From: Gammaproteobacteria bacterium
GTDB taxonomy: Bacteria > Pseudomonadota > Gammaproteobacteria > DSM-19610
Length of the DNA stretch: 64,000 nucleotides
Assembly: GCA_011321775.1 (NCBI GenBank)
Contig: DROT01000127.1
Span: forward strand, 1,144 to 65,143
Direction: 5' to 3'
This document shows, one piece after another, positions 59,000 to 64,000 of the stretch (positions are counted from its first letter, which is position 1; every line of letters starts with the position of its first letter). Made by a program: the position numbers and the translations under genes. The notes under the pieces are model-generated. The model did not search any database and had not been told where the DNA came from. It saw only the letters and a list, made by a program, of their open reading frames with translations.

Positions 59000-59197
59000 T
59001 CACGCCACTTCTTCGCGGGCAATGACCAGGGAATCCGGCGCCACGATGCCGAGACGAGCCTGGTTGCCGGTGACGCGGGTCAGGGTCACCTGGATGGGAC
59101 CGTCCTTGAACAGCTCCGATACCGGCATGTCCGGCGGCAGTTCGTCGGATGGAAAAATGAAAACGGATTCGCCAACTCGGCGTGTAAGTACAAGCAT
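59000..59197 (-). CDS. CsrA/RsmA-family protein, RsmN/RsmF-like with internal insertion
   Basis: MLVLTRRVGES...GNQARLGIVAP....IAREEV with a ~17-aa insert. CAGGAGG ribosome-binding site. Confidence 0.85.
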   Translation of the reverse strand: MLVLTRRVGESVFIFPSDELPPDMPVSELFKDGPIQVTLTRVTGNQARLGIVAPDSLVIAREEVA

Positions 59198-59499
59198 GAT
59201 TGCCTCCTGAATCTGCTGGCTTGGCCGGCTAACCGCGGTCACTACATGGCGTCTAGCCGGGGGCAGAAGATAGGACCAATCACGTGTCGGCGTTAATCCT
59301 TCCCCGCCAAACAGTTGTCTGTATCAGCACGGTTTCCGGTGTGGATGTCCCCCGAGATGGGGGGTTCCAGAGGGGTTTTCAAGTCGCCGGCACCCATGCC
59401 CGCCGGTGCCTGCGGGAGGCCCCGCAGAGCCATGCCGGTCGTCGCCGGCGTTTCCAAGAGCCATGGTCGGGATACTCTTGACTGCTGCGGAGACCGTGG

Positions 59500-59578
<79 letters not shown>

Positions 59579-59580
59579 AG

Positions 59581-60582
59581 TCAATAACTTCGGCTGACCG
59601 AAAACTCGGCCAGGCCATACAAGGCCTCCCTGTAACTGCTGGCCGGGAGTGTCGCCAGCGAGCGGATGGCCAGGTCCGCTTCCTGTTGCGCGGATTGCGC
59701 AGTGTACGCGATGGCCCCCGTCGATTCAATTGCGTCCAGTACCGGTTCGATGTCCTCGAGTCCGCCGTGCTCGATCGCCTTGCGGATGAGCTTCACCTGG
59801 GCCGGTGTGCCGTTGCGCATGGCGTAGATGAGCGGCAGGGTGGGTTTGCCCTCGGCCAGGTCGTCGCCGATGTTCTTGCCGATGTCCTCGCCGGAAAGGC
59901 CATAGTCCAGGGCGTCGTCGATGAGCTGGAAGGCGATGCCGAGGTGCATGCCGTAGTCGGCCAGGGCCTTTTCCACCGCCTGCGGTTGTGCACCCAGCAC
60001 GGCGCCGAGCTGTGAGGAGGCTTCGAACAGCTTGGCGGTCTTGTAGCGGATGACGTTGCGGTACAGGGTCTCGGTAGTGTCCGGGTCGTGGCAGTTGAGC
60101 AGCTGCAACACCTCGCCCTCGGCGATGGTGTTGGTGGTGGTGGAGAGAATCTCCATGACGCGCATGCTGCCCACGCTCACCATCATTTCGAAGGCGCGCG
60201 AATAGAGAAAGTCCCCGACCAGCACGGCGGCCTCGTTACCCCAGATGGCGTTGGCCGTCCGGTTGCCGCGGCGCAGATCGGATGCGTCTACCACGTCGTC
60301 GTGAAGCAGAGTCGCCGTATGAATGAATTCGATGACCGCCGCCAGCTCGATATGGTGCTCACCCTGGTAGTCGCAGGCGCGGGCCGCCAGCAACACCAGC
60401 AGCGGTCGCAGTCGCTTGCCGCCGCTGTGGATGATGTAGCCACCCAGTTCGTTGATCAGGGCGACCTCGGAACGCAGGCGTCGGAGTATGAGCCGGTCGA
60501 CGGCCTCGGTCTCGCGGCGGACCAGCGCCCGGATGTCGTCGATATCCGGGGTGACTCCATGATTTTCAAGAACTTCCTGCAT
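59581..60582 (-). CDS. ispB: Octaprenyl-diphosphate synthase
   Basis: [49 protein letters not shown]. Confidence 0.96.
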   Translation of the reverse strand: MQEVLENHGVTPDIDDIRALVRRETEAVDRLILRRLRSEVALINELGGYIIHSGGKRLRPLLVLLAARACDYQGEHHIELAAVIEFIHTATLLHDDVVDASDLRRGNRTANAIWGNEAAVLVGDFLYSRAFEMMVSVGSMRVMEILSTTTNTIAEGEVLQLLNCHDPDTTETLYRNVIRYKTAKLFEASSQLGAVLGAQPQAVEKALADYGMHLGIAFQLIDDALDYGLSGEDIGKNIGDDLAEGKPTLPLIYAMRNGTPAQVKLIRKAIEHGGLEDIEPVLDAIESTGAIAYTAQSAQQEADLAIRSLATLPASSYREALYGLAEFSVSRSY

Positions 60583-60674
60583 AGGTCCGGGTGCGCTGAA
60601 TCTGTCTCGGTGGGATTCCGGTAAGCGACCGTAGTCTAACTGTGAACCGCGCATGGTACCAGAATACGGCTGGT

Positions 60675-60703
60675 TTGACCCAAACCCGGAGAATCTATAG
60701 AAT
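60675..60703 (+). promoter_or_regulatory. Sigma70 promoter of rplU-rpmA
   Basis: TTGACC-N17-TAGAAT. Confidence 0.75.
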
Positions 60704-60742
60704 TGCGCGTCTTTCGGGTGCTGCAAGTTTGGAGAATCAGCC

Positions 60743-61054
60743 ATGTACGCAGTTATTGTAACTGGCGGAAAACAATATCGCGTGAGTCAGGGCGACAAGC
60801 TCCGCGTGGAGAAACTGGACGCCGACGAGGGCGCCAGTATCGAACTGGACCAGGTTCTGATGGTCGTGGACGGTGACGATGTGAAGATCGGCACGCCGCT
60901 GCTCGACGGAAGCAAGGTCACGGCCGAGGTCCGGGCCCACGGCCGCGGCAAGAAGGTGGAGATCATCAAGTTCAACCGTCGCAAGCACCACATGAAGCGC
61001 CAGGGCCATCGCCAGGCGTATACGGAACTGGAAATTACGGGCATCAGCGCCTGA
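60743..61054 (+). CDS. rplU: 50S ribosomal protein L21
   Basis: [29 protein letters not shown]. Confidence 0.99.
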   Translation: MYAVIVTGGKQYRVSQGDKLRVEKLDADEGASIELDQVLMVVDGDDVKIGTPLLDGSKVTAEVRAHGRGKKVEIIKFNRRKHHMKRQGHRQAYTELEITGISA

Positions 61055-61069
61055 CAGGGGTAAGCAGCA

Positions 61070-61327
61070 ATGGCACACAAGAAAGCCGGTGGCAGTACCA
61101 GAAACGGACGTGATTCGGAATCCAAGCGCCTGGGCGTGAAACGCTATGGCGGCCAGCAGGTGCTGGCGGGTAACATTATCGTGCGTCAGCGGGGCACCCG
61201 TTTCCACCCCGGCGTCAACGTCGGTTGCGGCAAGGACCACACCCTGTTCGCCAAGGCCGATGGAGTGGTGAAGTTCGTGACCCGGGGACCGAAGAACCGC
61301 AAGTTCGTGGACGTGGTCTCCTCCTGA
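61070..61327 (+). CDS. rpmA: 50S ribosomal protein L27
   Basis: [22 protein letters not shown]. Confidence 0.99.
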   Translation: MAHKKAGGSTRNGRDSESKRLGVKRYGGQQVLAGNIIVRQRGTRFHPGVNVGCGKDHTLFAKADGVVKFVTRGPKNRKFVDVVSS

Positions 61328-63570
<2,243 letters not shown>

Positions 63571-63615
63571 GTCCGGCGGACGTCGCGGGCGATTCCGGCA
63601 ACCCGAGGGGGGAAA

Positions 63616-63646
63616 CGAATGAGCCGGTCGATGACCGGCTCATTCG
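63616..63646. terminator. Perfect 14-bp hairpin between convergent proB and rpsT
   Basis: CGAATGAGCCGGTC-gat-GACCGGCTCATTCG. Confidence 0.7.
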
Positions 63647-63668
63647 GGAATCCGGCGGGCGGCGGCTG

Positions 63669-63935
63669 TCAGCCCTGCAGGGCGCGCACGTGACGGCCGA
63701 GACGGCTCTTGTGGCGGGCCGCCTTGTTCTTGTGGATCAGACCCTTGCCGACCGACTTGTCGATCACCGGTACGGCCTTGTCGTAGGCGGCACGGGCGGC
63801 CTCGGCGTCGCCCGAGGCGACGGCCTTGACGACATTCTTGATATAGGTGCGCAGCATGGAGCGCTGGCTGGCGTTGCGCTGGCGGCGGCGTTCCGCCTGA
63901 CGTGCGCGCTTACGCGCCTGAGCCGAGTTTGCCAA
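63669..63935 (-). CDS. rpsT: 30S ribosomal protein S20 (TTG start)
   Basis: [12 protein letters not shown]...SMLRTYIK...[15 protein letters not shown]. Confidence 0.97.
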   Translation of the reverse strand: MANSAQARKRARQAERRRQRNASQRSMLRTYIKNVVKAVASGDAEAARAAYDKAVPVIDKSVGKGLIHKNKAARHKSRLGRHVRALQG

Positions 63936-63969
63936 GATCTTTCTCCTGTTCCGGATTCCAAAGAGCCGC

Positions 63970-64000
63970 ATACTATGCGTATTTTCGGCCTTTTTGTCAA
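63970..64000 (-). promoter_or_regulatory. Sigma70 promoter of rpsT
   Basis: Minus strand TTGACA-N17-CATAGT (or N19-TAGTAT). Confidence 0.6.

Overview
GC-rich gammaproteobacterial chromosome segment, mostly housekeeping genes. Sulfur-oxidiser/Chromatiales-like affinity is an inference from gene content. Conserved blocks: mreBCD-mrdA-rodA-mltB divergent from gatCAB; hemA-prfA-prmC-hyp-moeB-JAMM divergent from TPR lipoprotein-lolB-ispE-tRNA-Gln-prs-rplY-pth-ychF-tRNA-Met; hrpA, fabAB, yajQ, typA; ispB-tRNA-Pro divergent from rplU-rpmA-obgE-proB, with rpsT at the end. An accessory stretch (about 22-31 kb) follows tRNA-Met. It holds a VPLPA-CTERM protein, a deacetylase remnant, a 65-aa IF1-like peptide, a Na/Pi cotransporter, sigma54-driven small genes, a macrodomain gene and an uncharacterised MerR / CBM48 / P-loop-dead MinD-FlhG-like / hypothetical operon. 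Other notable items: tRNA-linked ~172-177 bp duplication units with hairpin cassettes inserted in the T-loop at two different tRNAs, at least three small palindromic or MITE-like element families, a 113-aa Lys-rich histone-H1-like protein, a Cys-less IscR paralog directly upstream of iscU with an IscR-type operator, a cobalamin riboswitch ahead of btuB, and an RsmN/RsmF-type CsrA variant behind tRNA-Pro. No CRISPR array, rRNA, integrase or transposase was seen. All calls come from reading the sequence and recalled family motifs; no searches were run. Many starts were moved from the ORF track to the most plausible codon.
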